DNA of 64,000 bases from Felis catus (lineage: Eukaryota), in the NCBI RefSeq assembly GCF_018350175.1, contig NC_058368.1, positions 174,842,001-174,906,000 on the forward strand. Direction: 5' to 3'. The notes under the pieces were generated by a model that made no database searches, had not been told where the DNA came from, and saw only the letters and a program-made list of their open reading frames with translations. Shown one piece after another: positions 1 to 13,150 of the stretch (positions are counted from its first letter, which is position 1; every line of letters starts with the position of its first letter). A program made the position numbers and the translations under genes.

Positions 1-1087
1 TCCCCTTATCCTGAGTTTTCTCTGCCTAACATTTATCATCCCCTGGCATGTTGAATGCACTTTTTTTTTTCCAATTACTTGTCTGTTATCTGTCACAAGA
101 TCAGGGACCTCATATCTATTTAGTTCACTATTTTGTCTCCAGTAATGAGTATATGGAGGAAGCCTTCAATATGCGTGGGATGGATGGACGGATGGATGGA
201 TGGGAGTTTTCAGGGAGCCAGCACTCAGGTTTTCCACAAACACCTGCTGGGCTGGAATAAAGCCCCAGGAGAGTCCTCCAAATTCCCAACGTATGGGTGT
301 CTTCAAAGCCCCAGTCCCAAACTCTGACATCTGCCGAGGGGGCAGCCCCAGGACGCGGGCCTGCGGATTTTGCCACGCGCAATCCGCGTTGTAAACCAAA
401 ACAAAGGAACACACAACGCCCTGGAAACTCTCAAACTAAGGCTCTGCCCTGCGGGCCTGGAGGGTGTGGACCTCAGTGAGAGGCAGAGGCCGCAGGAGGG
501 AGCACAGGGTGACGTCGGTAGCCGCTCGCCCGGAGCACAAAGTTCTTAACGTTGGCGCTCCGCTCCAGATTTATTAAAAATGCCAATCTAACGAGCCTGC
601 GTGGCCAGCCCATGGAAAGTGGCGTGCTGTGTGTGACCGGCGCGGCTCCTAAATCAGTTCAAGATGTGTGGGGGCGGCGGATGGCAGGGCTGGGGCTGTG
701 CTCCCTCCCTCCGCCGTCCCTTCGGGGGATGCTTATCAAGGGACATGGAAGGGCAGCCGGGGCGCTGCATGCATGCCCTGCGCTCCTGTCCTCTGCACGC
801 ACCGAACCCTCCCCCGAGGGGGACACCAAGGGCCTGGCCCTTCCCCTGGAGACGACCCTTACTCCCCCGGGGGAGGACCCACGATGACCCTGACCCACGC
901 GAAGCTCTTCCCCACGTGTCCTCCAGGAACCCTGCCTCAAACTTGTGCAAATCCTATCACCATCCCCGCTTCCAAAGAGGAGACCCGGCTCAAAGGGCTC
1001 GTGCCGGGCCAAGAATCCGCGGGATTGAGTGATGATGGCGCCAGGACACAAACCCAGGCGTGATCAACCCCAGGTTGGAAGTGAGGT

Positions 1088-1302
1088 CTTTTTTTTTTTT
1101 TTAAGTTTTTTAATTAAAATTTTTAATGTTTATTTTTGAGAGACAGAGAGACAGACAGAGTGCCAGTGGAGGAGGGGCAGAGAGAGCGGGAGGCACAGAA
1201 TCCCTAGCAGGCTCCAGGCTCTGAGCTGTACGCACAGAGCCCGACGCGGGCTCGAACCCACAGACCGCGAGACCCTGACCTGAGCCGAAGTGGGTTGCGC
1301 CC
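1088..1302 (-). mobile_element. Can-SINE (SINEC), head partly deleted
   Basis: T-tail, (GA)n and SINEC body; head shortened to gaagtgggttgcgccc. Confidence 0.85.
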
Positions 1303-2292
1303 TGGAAATGAACTCTTTTAAACCCAACCTGCAGGTAGACAAGGGCCATGTGTGGTTTGAGGACTAGCCTGAGATACTACCCCCCCCCCCTCCTGTGGCG
1401 TAGTGGTGACAGGGAGGCCGCGTCGGTGGGGGAAGGGCCACCTCGCTCCACCCGCATCCCCACCTGGGTCCCCAACCCAGGGTAGGAGGGAGCATCCTCA
1501 CTTGTGGTTATGAGGGCCCACTTAATGCCTGGCCCAGGAGCAGCTCTCAAATAAATGTTTGCAATTATTATTACAAATAGAGACTAGTTATTCCTCTCCT
1601 GCAAGAATGCAGGAGAGATACAAGGAAATGTGATGATGCAAAGGGTGTGAACCGTGAAATGTCAGCTCAGCGTCTCAGGGAGGTCACCCGCTCTGTGGGT
1701 CCCTTGGCTTCTGAACTGTGCGATGTTCCACGGTTCCAACTGGGCACTTCCACCTGGGGGTCCCCCACGACAGCGCTTTAGTCACTCTTCAATTTACCTT
1801 CGCCAGCGCCCAGCGCACTGCACTTGCCCACACGGGGACAGACCGCGGTCACTTGTTCTACCTCGACCGTACCGAGCCCATTTGCTGAGCCGTCCCGTCC
1901 AGCTGGCCCAGCGGCCCTGTGAGCGGGTGCTGCGATCATCCCCGTTTTAGAGAAGGAGTCGAAGACCCAGCGATGGTAAGGGACTCGCTCAGTAACGAAC
2001 ATCCTATCACGCGGCGGGGCCGGGATTTGAGCCGTCATCAGGTTATCAACCACTCGTGAGTGTGTGCTCGTTGAGTTGGTGGACGAACAGGGAAGAAGAG
2101 AGGGAGGGAGGAGCTTGAGAAAAGAGGGTGGATTTGGACAGGAGCAGCATGTTGGACAAGGCTAACAGCCACAGGGAAAAGACTAGACGCGAACAGAGGT
2201 TCACATCTCATTCAGGAAAACAAACATTCCAGTGTGTGTTTGTGTGTGTACAGCTTTTACTTTCTTGAGTCGCACTTAACAAGTGCACCCCA

Positions 2293-2517
2293 GGGGCGCC
2301 TGGGTGGCTCCGTCGGTTGGGTGACCGACTTCGGCTCCGGTCGTGATCTCACGGTTCGTGAGTTCGAGCCCCGCGTCGGGCTCTGTGCTGACAGCTCGGA
2401 GCCTGGAGCCCGCTTCAGATTCTGTGTCTCCCTCTCTCTCTACCCCTCCCCTGCTCACATCCTGTGTCTGTCTCTCAATAATAAATACACGTTAAAAAAA
2501 ATTTTTTTTTAAAAAAA
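2293..2517 (+). mobile_element. Can-SINE (SINEC_Fc-type)
   Basis: GGGGCGCCTGGGTGGC head, (CT)n, A-tail, TSD AACAAGTGCACCC. Confidence 0.93.
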
Positions 2518-2760
2518 CAAGTGCACCCTGTACGCTTAATTAAGCGAGAGAAGCCTCCCTTCAGGTCCATTCTGCCCGTTCCTGTCTTCTATCTTTCAGG
2601 GGTCAGGGACTCCTCGAGGCTATCAATTAAACAACTGAGTAGCTATAGCTGTGCCCTGGGAACCCGATCTCCTACCCCCAGAAACATGGAGCTTTGAGGG
2701 CATACGGGTATACATACATACGTGTGCACCTGGCTTTTTCCTTTTAGGAAAGATTCCCTT

Positions 2761-3065
2761 TAAATTAAAAAAAAAAAATTATTTTTATTTTTATTTTATT
2801 TTTTTATTTTTATTTTATTTTATTTTATTTTTTATTTTATTTTCATTTTTATTTTTATTTTTTAAATAAAAAAAAATTTGAGACAGAGAGAGACAGAGCA
2901 TGAGCAGGGGAGGGGCAGAGAGAGGGGGAGACCCAGAATCCGAAGCAGGCTCCGGGCTCCGAGCTGTCAGCCCGGAGCCTGACACGGGGCTCGACCTCAC
3001 AGACTGTTAGATGATGACCTGAGCTGAAGTCGGATGCTTAACCGACTGAGCCACCCAGGCGCCCC
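2761..3065 (-). mobile_element. Can-SINE with expanded (TTTTA)n tail
   Basis: Full body; ~110-nt AT tail. Confidence 0.9.
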
Positions 3066-3292
3066 TTAAATTTTTTTTTTTTTTAACATTTATTCATTTT
3101 TGAGAGACAGAGCAGGAGCGGGGGGGGGGAGGGGCAGAGAGAAAGAGAAGGAGACACAGAATCTGAAGCAGGCTGCAGGCTCCGAGCAAGCTGCCAGCCC
3201 AGAGCCTGATGCAGGGCTTGAACCCACACACCGTGAGATCATGACCTGAGCGCAAGTCGGACGCTCAACCGACTGAGCCACCCAGGCGCCCC
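3066..3292 (-). mobile_element. Can-SINE (outer element of a nested pair)
   Basis: Full body; TSD AGGAAAGATTCC at 2746-2757 and 3293-3304. Confidence 0.9.
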
Positions 3293-4075
3293 AGGAAAGA
3301 TTCCTTTTAGAAGTGAACACGGATCCCTGGCCTTGCAAATGAAAGACGGTCAAGAATCTAAAATTCCCACCCTCGCAAGTCCCCATATTGTTGAGTGGGT
3401 CTAAGGGCACACTGGTGGGCTTGGGGACAGCTCTTTGTTCTGTCGGCCCCTCCCCCAATTCTCTCACCCCCCTGGATGAGGGAGCCATGACCTTAGTAAA
3501 ATGTGTCCTTCCCCTGTTTCCGAAGACGGAAACGAAATCATCCCTGGGATGATGGGACAGAACTTTACAGCTCACGGAGGACTTTCAAATTCCTTCCTTG
3601 ATCTAACGGTTGACCAGCCCTGGGAGGGAGGAATTGCACACCCATTTCCCAGACGGGGAATCCGAGCCTCTGAAACAGAATGGGCGGCCAGGGCTGCCGC
3701 AGAGGAGTCTCGCCTGGGCCTCGTGCCCGTCTGACTCACCAGCTGCCCCCTCCCCAGGGACGGCGCCACAGGCCTCCAAGAATGGGGCCTTGGCCCAGCC
3801 TTAGGCTGGCGGCACTGGGAAAACCTGTGTCACTGAAACCATTACGTCAGAGGCCACTCAGTTCCTTCACCTAAGGTCAAGGCCAGCAACTTCCTGGCAG
3901 CTGGAAATTCACAACCAGGCTCTGGGTGAGTCAGTCAGCTGGAGACAGCTACCAGCACTGTCTGGTGAGGGGCTCAGTAGCCCTGCCCTCCCTGGGGCTA
4001 ATGTCTGCCCCGGCACCCTCCTCTGTATCAACAACTGGGGGGGGGGGTTCGGTAGATCCAAGATTAAAAGGCCCC

Positions 4076-4294
4076 GGGGCGCCTGGGTGGCGCAGTCGGT
4101 TAAGCGCCCGACTTCAGGCAGGTCACGATCTCGTGGTCCGTGAGTTCGAGCCCCGCGTCAGGCTCTGGGCTGATGGCTCGGAGCCTGGAGCCTGTTTCCG
4201 ATTCTGTGTCTCCCTCTCTCTCTGCCCCTCCCCCGTTCATGCTCTGTCTCTCTCTGTCCCAAAAATAAATAAAAAAAAAGAAAAAAAAAAAAAA
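4076..4294 (+). mobile_element. Can-SINE, young subfamily
   Basis: Full body, TSD AAAAGGCCCC. Confidence 0.93.
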
Positions 4295-6649
4295 GGCCCC
4301 GTGCACCAATTTTATATTTGCACAGGGCTTAGATCCCCTGCTGACAAGCAGGATAGAGTGATTAGGGGCAAGTAGCTCCGGCCTGACAAGTCCCCCCTCT
4401 GCCCGCTTAGTAGCTGTGTGACCTAGAGGAGTTACTTAACATCTCTGGACCTCAATACCTCCTCCGTACAGTGGGTGGTGATAATAATCACTACCTCATG
4501 ACACGATTGCTTAGCCCGGTGCCTGGCACACAGTAAGGGCTCTACTAAATACTTTTCATTCTGAGTGATTGTTTTCATCTGCCCTTTCCAGAAAGCCCGA
4601 AAGGGCAGGGATTATCTCCATTTTTCCATCTGAAGACACCGAGACTCAGAAAAAAAGGACAGTTATGTGCCCAGCATAACACGGGCTTTTCTAATCATGA
4701 TGCAGCCAGAGGAAAATTCCAGAAAGGTACTCTGAAAGAAACACAAGTCTGGACAGTGAGGAGATACTAAGGAAAAAAGCCAAAATTCTCTAACCACGTG
4801 CCAATCAGGGGATGTGGTCTCCAAATTAAAAACGTGGTTTTCGTTCCTGTTTGTGTGTTCTCCTCGGCAGGCAAAACTGTGCTGTCGCCGAATGTGTATC
4901 TGCCCCAGTGACGATGAGCAGAGTTGGCTCTCTGGATTCTCCCAGGTAGGTGTCAGCAAAGTGTAGCCGGGCGCGTGCGGCCACTCCAACACCCATCCCT
5001 CTCCGGGAAGCCCCCCCATCTCTCCCTCTCAGTCCGTGAGGTACTGGTGCGGCCGGCCGCCCTCCCATTCCCTCCTCTACCCCCACTGTGATCCAGGAAA
5101 GCCACGGTTCAGAGTGTCACGAGACCCACACCAAAAAACCCACAAAAACAAAAACAAAACAAAACAGGGACAAGCAAGTTGTGGCTTTAGTTGGAGCATT
5201 AGGAAAAGGGCCCTTTCTTTCTTTGAGGGTTACTGAGAGCCATTGCTAGCCATCTTTATTGGCACCTAAGGACCTAGATCAAACCATACCTGATGGCCGT
5301 CTCTACTGTACATTTTTCATTTCTGTTTAACACATCTTCTTTTCTGTTTAATGTGGGCTGAGCATCTGCCACTCGTACACAAGATCATCTGAACTAACAA
5401 AATCTCATTTTCTTGCTTCTAGCCTCGCCAGCTCACCTCAGCAGGGTCTCCTGTGCCCCAAACTCTTACAGGCCTAAGGCTACTGCAGTTTCTTAGCCTG
5501 CTCATGGAAGGGGAAATGTCTTCAACCTGTCACCATTCACCCTCTGCCACCGCCACCCAGTGGAGCCATTTGCAGACTCGGGGTTCTAGAGAAGCCCCCG
5601 AGGCTGTGTTGTCCTGGAGTTCAGCTCTGGGCTCCCTGCCTGGACAGCAGGGGGGGGTCAGGTCTTGAGCCCGGTTCTGCATCATGTCTGCAGGCCCTGG
5701 TACCAGGACTTCCATACTGTTAGTCCCGTATCTGAATTACACAATCTGGGTCCTCCCCGAGCCAGTCGTTCTCCTCCCTGCCGTCTACTCCAAGGCAGGC
5801 CCTCCCCTACCAGCGTCTTTCAGCTCAGTCCTAGGCTGACTCGTATCACATTTTTGACACCGTTTCCATATCTGGCAAAGAAATGGCTTGGAAAGTCGGA
5901 CTTGGGGTAGACTGTGAAACTGAAAAATAAATTCCTTATGGAGATCATTTAAACCTAAGCCATTACAAATCCCAGCTATAAGAAGAAGGAGGGCTAAGAC
6001 TTTCTAATACCCTGACAGTTAAAATAGTCATCAAAATCCAGCCTGATTCTCTAAGCCATGATTTTAAAGTCCTATCGGGAAAACTCAGGAGAACGGAGTG
6101 GGTTTGTGCAGAGGCGGGACAGTTACGGGAGCAGTGTGAAGAAAGAAAGTGAGTTTTCTCCTCCTGGCTTCGGGGAGGCCCCTTTGCACAGCCTGCGTGG
6201 TCTCAGAGCCTCCAATAGAGAAGTGACTGTCCCTGAAAGCTTCCTTAAAGACATATTTCCAGGTGGGACCGCATGTGGCTCGGATGGAGACAATCACCCC
6301 TCCGGTGACAGAGAAAGGGACGGGGGGCTCAGAGGGCAGTGGCCACAGGACCGTGACAACGGTGTAGCTCTGCGGGCCAGGAATTTAGCCCTGGACACTG
6401 CCTTGGATGAGGCCCACCTGGGGTAAGTCACTGATCTGAAGTTCGAATGGGCAAAAAGGACTGTAGCCGGGCGTAAATGACAATAGCCATCGTCTGCTGA
6501 GCCCTTACTGTGTGCCAGGCAACCTTCTAGGTCTTGATGTGCCCTACCTCAGTTACACCTCACAACAGCCCTATGGAGTCAACGTTCACGTTAGCCCCGT
6601 TTTGCAAGGGGAAGCCGAGGCTTAAAAAGGTCAGATTCCCCCATTACTT

Positions 6650-7270
6650 CTTTGCTGCTGTGTTCAAGATTACCGCAAAACTTCGTCGCTACAATCGCTT
6701 TTATTTATTACCTCTGAGTTTCGGTGGGTCAGGAACTTAGAAACACCTTCGCTAGGTGGTCCTGGCCTGGGGTCTTTAAAAAGGTTGGAGTCAGGGGCGC
6801 CTGGGTGGCTCAGTCGGTTAAGCGACCGACTTCGGCTCAGGTCACGATCTCGCGGTCTGTGAGTTTGAGCCCCGCGTCGGGCTCTGTGCTGACAGCTCGG
6901 AGCCTGGAGCCTGTTTCAGATTCTGTGTCTCCCTCTCTCTCTCTGACCCTCCCCCGTTCATGCTCTGTCTCTCTCTGTCTCAAAAATAAATAAACGTTAA
7001 AAAAAAAAAATTAAAAAAGGTTGGAGTCAAGACATTGGCCAGGGCCGCAGTTAGCCAAAGGCTGGTCGCCTTTTGGAGGATCCCTCCCAAGATGGTTGAT
7101 GCCTTTCGCATCCTAATCTCAAGTGTGGTGCACGACCCTTCTGCCACACTCTAGACCCTCAGGAGTAAGTCACTAAGGACACCTTGCGCTTCAGGGTGGA
7201 GGAATTCGGCTGTACCTCGTGAGGGGAGAAGTAGCAAAGAGTGTGTGACCATTTGTAAGAATTACCACAG
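6650..7270 (-). mobile_element. MLT1-type MaLR LTR remnant interrupted by a SINE
   Basis: Resembles the MLT1 consensus (caaaactt...tttatta...ggtcaggaa...ctggggtct); degenerate. Confidence 0.5.
6794..7018 (+). mobile_element. Can-SINE
   Basis: Full body, TSD AAAAAGGTTGGAGTCA. Confidence 0.93.
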
Positions 7271-7557
7271 TCCCTCGTCCAAGATCACGGTGTGGCTGAG
7301 CCAGAGGGTAAGCCCTGGCTCCACAGCGCAAAACTATCCTGCCCCCTCAGGAACGGCAAAAGGAGAACCCTCCTCCCCTGTGCCGGTGACCTAAATGTCA
7401 GTGACACCCTTTGAACAGAGAAGACACGCCTGAGGCAAAACAGAAGGTGTTTAGTGGGAAGCAAGTTCCCCTTCCCACCCCGGGGCCCCCAGTTCTTCTT
7501 CCCAAATGCAACTTGTGCTGACGGTTTTGCACGAACCCTTCCAGACCCCATCGAAGC

Positions 7558-7740
7558 CAGTGGTTCTCAGGGTGATCCTGGCCAGCAGCGTCGGCATCCC
7601 TTGGGAACTTGCTGGAAATGTAAGTTCTCGGGCCCGACTCCAGACCTCATGAATCAGAAACTCTGGAGGGAGGGGCGCCCAGCCATCCGTGACAAGCCCT
7701 CCATGTGAGCTTGATGAACATCAAGGTTTAAAAACCACTC
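7558..7740. mobile_element. MER5A-like hAT-Charlie DNA transposon remnant
   Basis: CAGTGGTTCTC start, gaaatgtaagttctcgggccc...gaatcagaaactctgg body, aaaaaccact end. Confidence 0.75.
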
Positions 7741-7745
7741 ATCTT

Positions 7746-7960
7746 GGGGCGCCTGGGTGGCTTGGTTGGTTAAGCGTCCAACTTCGGCTCAGGTCATGAT
7801 CTCACGGTCTGTGAGTTCGAGCCCCGCGTCGGGCTCTGTGCTGGCCGCTCAGAGCCTGGAGCCTGTTTCAGATTCTGTGACTCCCTCTCTCTCTGCTCCT
7901 CCCCTGTTCATGCTCTGTCTCTGTTTCAAAAGTAAAAAATTTTTTAAAAAAATTTAAAAA
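7746..7960 (+). mobile_element. Can-SINE
   Basis: Full body, TSD AAAAACCACTCATCT. Confidence 0.92.
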
Positions 7961-8437
7961 CCACTCATCTCTGCCTATAACAAGCAAAGCATCAAACGAC
8001 TTTAAGCCCCTTATATGTTCCCACCATCAATGGTGTATTATGAACGAACCTCTGTACATCCCGAAATTACCTTTTAAATAGCACAATTTCAGGCGTGTTG
8101 TATAATACCTGAGTGAAAACCATGATACTATGATATCAGTCGCCCTGCTTTGGTAATTTTTTTTTTTTTTAATGTAGCGGTAATCCTCCCCATATGGAAA
8201 TATCCTGCATGTGCCTTGATCTCTTGGAGATCCTGGGCCTTGCCTGCCGTTGGAGAAGTCCATTCCAGATGGTTCTCCTACAAGTCTTCTCATATGTCCA
8301 GACTCCATAAAAATACCATGGAAAAATACTTTTCAAGTTTAAGATCATTCTCCTGCGGCTATCCTGCCGTTTCCCTCCTCACCCAGAGGACGTATGATGC
8401 CAGGGTGTCATAGGAGGATCTTGTTTCAGCTGTTGCC

Positions 8438-8635
8438 TTTTTTATTTTTTAATATTTTTCAGAGAGAAAGAGTGGGGGGAGAGGGGCAGACAGAAGGGGA
8501 CAGAGGATCCAAAGCGGGCTCTCTGCTGACAGGCTGACAGCAGTGAGCCCGAGATGGGGCTCAAACTCACAAACCACGAGCTCATGACCTGAGCCGAAGT
8601 TGGACACTTAACCCACTGAACCACCCAGGCGCCCC
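8438..8635 (-). mobile_element. Can-SINE
   Basis: SINEC body in reverse orientation. Confidence 0.88.
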
Positions 8636-9269
8636 CTCTGCCCATGCCTTTTTGACTACTGTTCGAAGTGCCTATTCTTTACGGAAATACGACTGAGGCT
8701 CATGAATTTTGTTCACCATAGTTGTGCCGATGATAAGAATAACGGTGACAGGAACAAAGCAGTTGTACCCTAAAGAAAAACAAAACACACTAAAGAGAAC
8801 GAAATTACTCTAACGTCTAATCCTTCACAAATCAGGAAATGCCTCTTCATTTTACCCAATTTATTCCAAGTACAGAAGAGCCCACTAGAGGCTTCCTTCA
8901 GCTAGCAACTCTAGTTAACTTCAAGCGTGATTCAATTTACAAAACAGCCATTATTCACTTATGCAATGTTCTGGGAATGCGTCCATGGAAGAAAGTGACG
9001 TGTGCTGGGCCGCCAGGGCCTGATGACAGAGCTGATGTCCTCAGATTGTGTTTGTAACCAGCAACGCATTTTACCTTTTTATACTCCACGTATTAGAAAA
9101 GCAGCAACTAAAATCCAACGTCCTATTTCATCCTTGGCTAGGCATTATAGCAACAAGCAAGCATCTGGGACTTCTGGCCACAGGTCAGAATATAGATACT
9201 AAATGTACGCATGGGTTTCGAGGCTACATTTCTCTGTCTGTAGCAGGCGGGTTCATGTTACCTTGTGCG

Positions 9270-9660
9270 TGTTAGTTGTCTGTTGCTACATAACAAATTA
9301 CCCCCAAATTTAGCACCTTAAGCAACAAATACGTATTATCTCACACAGCTTCTGAGGATCAAGAATCTAGAGTGGCCTGGCTCGAGGTCTTTCGTGAGAT
9401 TGCAGTCAAGCCTGTAGACGCTTTCCTGGGGCTGTGGACTCTCCGATCTTGGCCTAGGGCTCCAGGATATGCTTCCAAGCTCACTCACATGGCTGGAAGC
9501 AAGTTCAGTTCCTTGCCGTTTGATCTTCTCCAGAGGCTGCTGCTGACATGACTTTCAGAGCAAGTGACGTCTAAGAGAGAAACAGAAAGACGATGATAAC
9601 ACCCTGCCTTTTGTGACCTGCTCCCCCATGTCCACCTGACTCTGTTCATTAGAAATAATG
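9270..9660 (-). mobile_element. MLT1-type MaLR LTR remnant
   Basis: ttgctacataacaaattacccccaaatttagc...tattatctcacacagcttctg, typical of MLT1. Confidence 0.7.
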
Positions 9661-9667
9661 CTAAGTT

Positions 9668-9874
9668 GGGGCACCTGGGTGGCTCAGTCGGTTAAGCATC
9701 TGACTTCAGCTCAGGTCATGATCTCACAGTTGGTGGGTTCGAGCCCCGCGTCGGGCTCGGTGCTGACCGCCCAGAGCCTGGAGCCTGCTTCAGATCCTGT
9801 GTCTCCCTCTCTCTCCGCCCCTCCCCTGCTCATGCTCTGTTTCTCAAAAATAAACAAATGTTCAAAAAATATTT
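9668..9874 (+). mobile_element. Can-SINE
   Basis: Full body, TSD GAAATAATGCTAAGT. Confidence 0.92.
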
Positions 9875-10187
9875 GAAATAATGCTAAGTCTGGTCTGTAC
9901 TCAACAAGGGACCGAATGTGTGTATGTGTGTGTAGTCCAAGTATTTCAAAAAATGTTACTTTTTTAACCTTTTTATGTTGAAAATCATGAGTCAGCTAAT
10001 CTGGTTGTATCATGTGCCCAGCCTGGCAACCAACTAAGGACAAAAAAGAGGCAGCACTGGTAACCTGACAAGAATCAAAGGATTTAATTTGGGGGGAGGG
10101 GGAGGGGAACAACCTAAACACCCACCAAGAGGGGATTATTTAACTAAGGTATGCCTACTGGGCCATCATTAAAAATCATCATATTGG

Positions 10188-10447
10188 AGGGCACCTGGGT
10201 GGATCAGTCAGTTAAGTGTCCAACTTCGGCTCAGGTCATGAGTTCAAGCCCCTCAGGTCATGAGTTCAAGCCCCTCAGGTCATGAGTTTAATAACTCGCG
10301 GTCCATGAGTTCGAGCCCCGCGTCGGGCTCTGTGCTGACAGCTGGGAGCCTGGAGCCTGCTTCGGATTCTGTGTCTCCCTCTCTCTCTGCTCCTCCCCTG
10401 CTTGCCCTGTGTCTCTCTCTCTAAAATACATAAACATTAAAAAAAAA
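10188..10447 (+). mobile_element. Can-SINE with internal 22-bp tandem repeat
   Basis: TSD AAAAATCATCATATTG; internal repeat 10230-10288. Confidence 0.9.
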
Positions 10448-10684
10448 TCATCATATTGTCAAAGGATATAGAGTGCCACGGGAAGATGGTCATAACGTAA
10501 TCTTAAATCAAAGACTCTGAAAAAAAATACTATGAGCCCAATTTATACAAGAATGATGCCTATAAATTCACGAGTAACATTTCTTGAGCACTTACCATAC
10601 ACCAGGCACTATACTAACGTTGTAAATCAGTAAGTCCTTTCAGTTAATCCTCACACTCTCCTGTAATGTACATATTGCCATCTT

Positions 10685-10909
10685 TCATTTATTTTTTTTT
10701 TAATTTTTTTCAATGTTTATGTATTTTTGAGAGACAGGGCGGGGGGGGGGGGGGTGGTAGGGGCAGAGAGAGAAAGGCACAGAATCTGAAGAGGCTCCAG
10801 GCTCCGAGCTGTCAGCACAGAGCCCGACGCGGGGCTCGAACTCACAAGCCATGAGATCATGACCTGAGCCAAAGTCGGACGCTTAACTGACTGAGCCACC
10901 CAGGCGCCC
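10685..10909 (-). mobile_element. Can-SINE
   Basis: Full body, TSD ACATATTGC(C/T)ATCTT. Confidence 0.9.
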
Positions 10910-11091
10910 ACATATTGCTATCTTTTAGATGAGGAAATTAAAGCACAGCAGGGTGGAGAACCTGCCCAAGAATTGGAGGAAATAGTTGTAAATCACACAT
11001 CTGAATGGGGTCTAGTGTCCAGAATATATAAAGAACTCTTACAACTCAACAACAAGAAAAACCACCCACATTTAAAATGGATAAAGAACTT

Positions 11092-11286
11092 GGAGCGCCT
11101 GGGTGGCTCGGTCGGTTAAGCATCTGACTTCGGCTCAGGTCACGATCTCACTGTTCGTGAGCTCCACGTCGGGCTCTGTGCTGACAGCTCGGAGCCTGGA
11201 GCTGCTTCCGATTCTATGTCTCTTTCTCTCTCTGCCCCTCCCTGCTTGCACTCTGTCTCTCTCTCTCTCTCTCAAAAATAAGAAAA
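11092..11286 (+). mobile_element. Can-SINE inside L1
   Basis: SINEC head, body and (CT)n. Confidence 0.88.
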
Positions 11287-12061
11287 GATGTTCAACATTG
11301 TTAGACATAAGGGAAAGGCGATTCAAAAACACCATGAGATACCACTTTATACCTACTAGGATGGTGATGATAGTAATCAGAAATTAATTTTTAAAAATCA
11401 AATTTAAAAGAACAGAAGCTAACAAGTGGTGGTGACAATGCGGAAAAACTGGAACCCCCACCCACTGCTAGGTGGGACCACAAGATAATGCAGCTGCTTT
11501 GGAAGACCATTTGGTGGCTTCTCAGAAAGTTAAAACCAGACCTGTCCTACGACTCGGCAATCCCACTCTGAAGCATGCACAGAATTAAGATGAAAATCGG
11601 GCGTTGAAACAAAACTTTGGTACAAAACTTTATTTGTACAAAAATCTGTGCAGCACTATTCACCGTGGCCGATAGGTGGAAACAACCAAACGTCCATCCA
11701 CTGATGAGTGGCTAAACAAAATGTGTATCTACCCAACAGAATATCAATCAGCCAGAAAAAGTAACGGAATCCTGATATATGCCACGCTATAGATGAACCT
11801 TGAAAACATGACACTCCGTGAAAGAAGCCAGACACAAAAGATCACATGTTATAGGTTCCATTTATATGAAGTGTTCAGAACGGGTAAATCCACAGAGACG
11901 GAAAGTAGATGGTTGCCAGGGGGTGGGGGTGGTGGGAATGGAGAGTGTGCTTCATGTGTACAGGGTTTCCTTTTTCAGGTGATGAAAATGCTTTGGAACT
12001 ACATGTATGTAACCGAAGGTTGCACAACATTATAAATGTACTAGCTGCCACTGGGAGTTTG

Positions 12062-12280
12062 TTTTTAATTTTTTTAATGTTTATTTATTTTTGAGAGAGA
12101 GAGAGAGAGAGAGCACTCGCAGGGGAGGGGCAGAGAGAGAGGGAGACACAGAATCGGAAGCAGGCTCCAGGCTCTGAGCTGTCAGCACGGAGCCCTACTC
12201 GGGGCTCGAACTCACGGACTGTGAGATCATGACCTGAGCCGAAGTCGGACGCTTAACGGACTGAGCCACCCAGGTGCCCC
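12062..12280 (-). mobile_element. Can-SINE inside L1
   Basis: SINEC body in reverse orientation. Confidence 0.9.
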
Positions 12281-13150
12281 TTGGGTTGCATGCTTTAAAA
12301 TGGCCAATTTTATCATTGTATCTTTTGTGAATTTCATTTCAATTTTTAAAATTAAAATAAAATAAAATAAAAATAAAACAAAACAAAACAAAACAAAATA
12401 AAATAAAATAAATTTCCCAAAGTCACGCAGCTAATATATAGTGGTATTTGGCCCCAGGTGGTCTGGGCTTCAGAGCCTACACTCTTTGGTAGATCAAGAA
12501 GGAACATCAATGAACAGAAGTTTCCTGAATGATAGGACTGAAGATAATTTATATCCTTTTAAAAAATGTCCTTCCCCCATTTTTCCTCATAAAGATAATA
12601 AATATATATATGATTTAATAACGGGAATCTCTGGGTGTACCATGTGTCACCATAGGACCAAAGGCTGGTCCAGGGAAATTAAGGAGGCAGATCAACCACA
12701 AGTTTGTCCCTGAGTTCTCTGGCCCCGAACTCTGTAGATCTTTGTACTCCGCTGGCCACCCACCTATCAGGCTACAGAAGACCCTAGAGATCTAGTCAAA
12801 TCTGTAACCTGCATGGAAATCCCCACAAAGCGGGGCACTATGGCAATGCATAGCCACTCTCTCCAGGGAGGACCTTTTTTCTAGGTTATTTACTGGGGGT
12901 TCCAAAGAAGGATCCTTGCAAGAGTCCTCAAGGAACCATAGATGTGTCACGATTGTCTTCTTCTTCCTTGGAAAAGTTACTCAGATCCCCAGGATTTATT
13001 CTACGAATGACTGGTATTTGCAGTTTTGACAAAGATGCATAGAGAAGGATGTTTATTGCAGTATTGTCTTGTAAGAGTAAAAATCTGGGAAAAGCCTAAC
13101 CGTCTGTCAGTGGGGAACAAGCAAATCCGTCAGGGCACATCTGCACCGTC

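Larger units (their letters stand above)
10980..12350 (+). mobile_element. Old L1M 3' fragment (ORF2 end and 3' UTR), split by two SINEs
   Basis: aaagaactcttacaactcaacaacaag, accatgagataccactttatacctactagg, gatgaaccttgaaaacatg...gaaagaagccagacacaaaag. Confidence 0.85.

Noticed and set aside
552..1063. ORF cluster in GC-rich sequence at the window start
   Set aside because: Open in most frames because of GC content; no splice or homology evidence.
2293..2375. tRNA-like A/B boxes
   Set aside because: tRNA-derived SINE heads; no stand-alone tRNA gene.
8030..9230. Possible old DNA transposon or L1 remnants around a SINE
   Set aside because: Could not assign a family by eye; needs RepeatMasker or Dfam.
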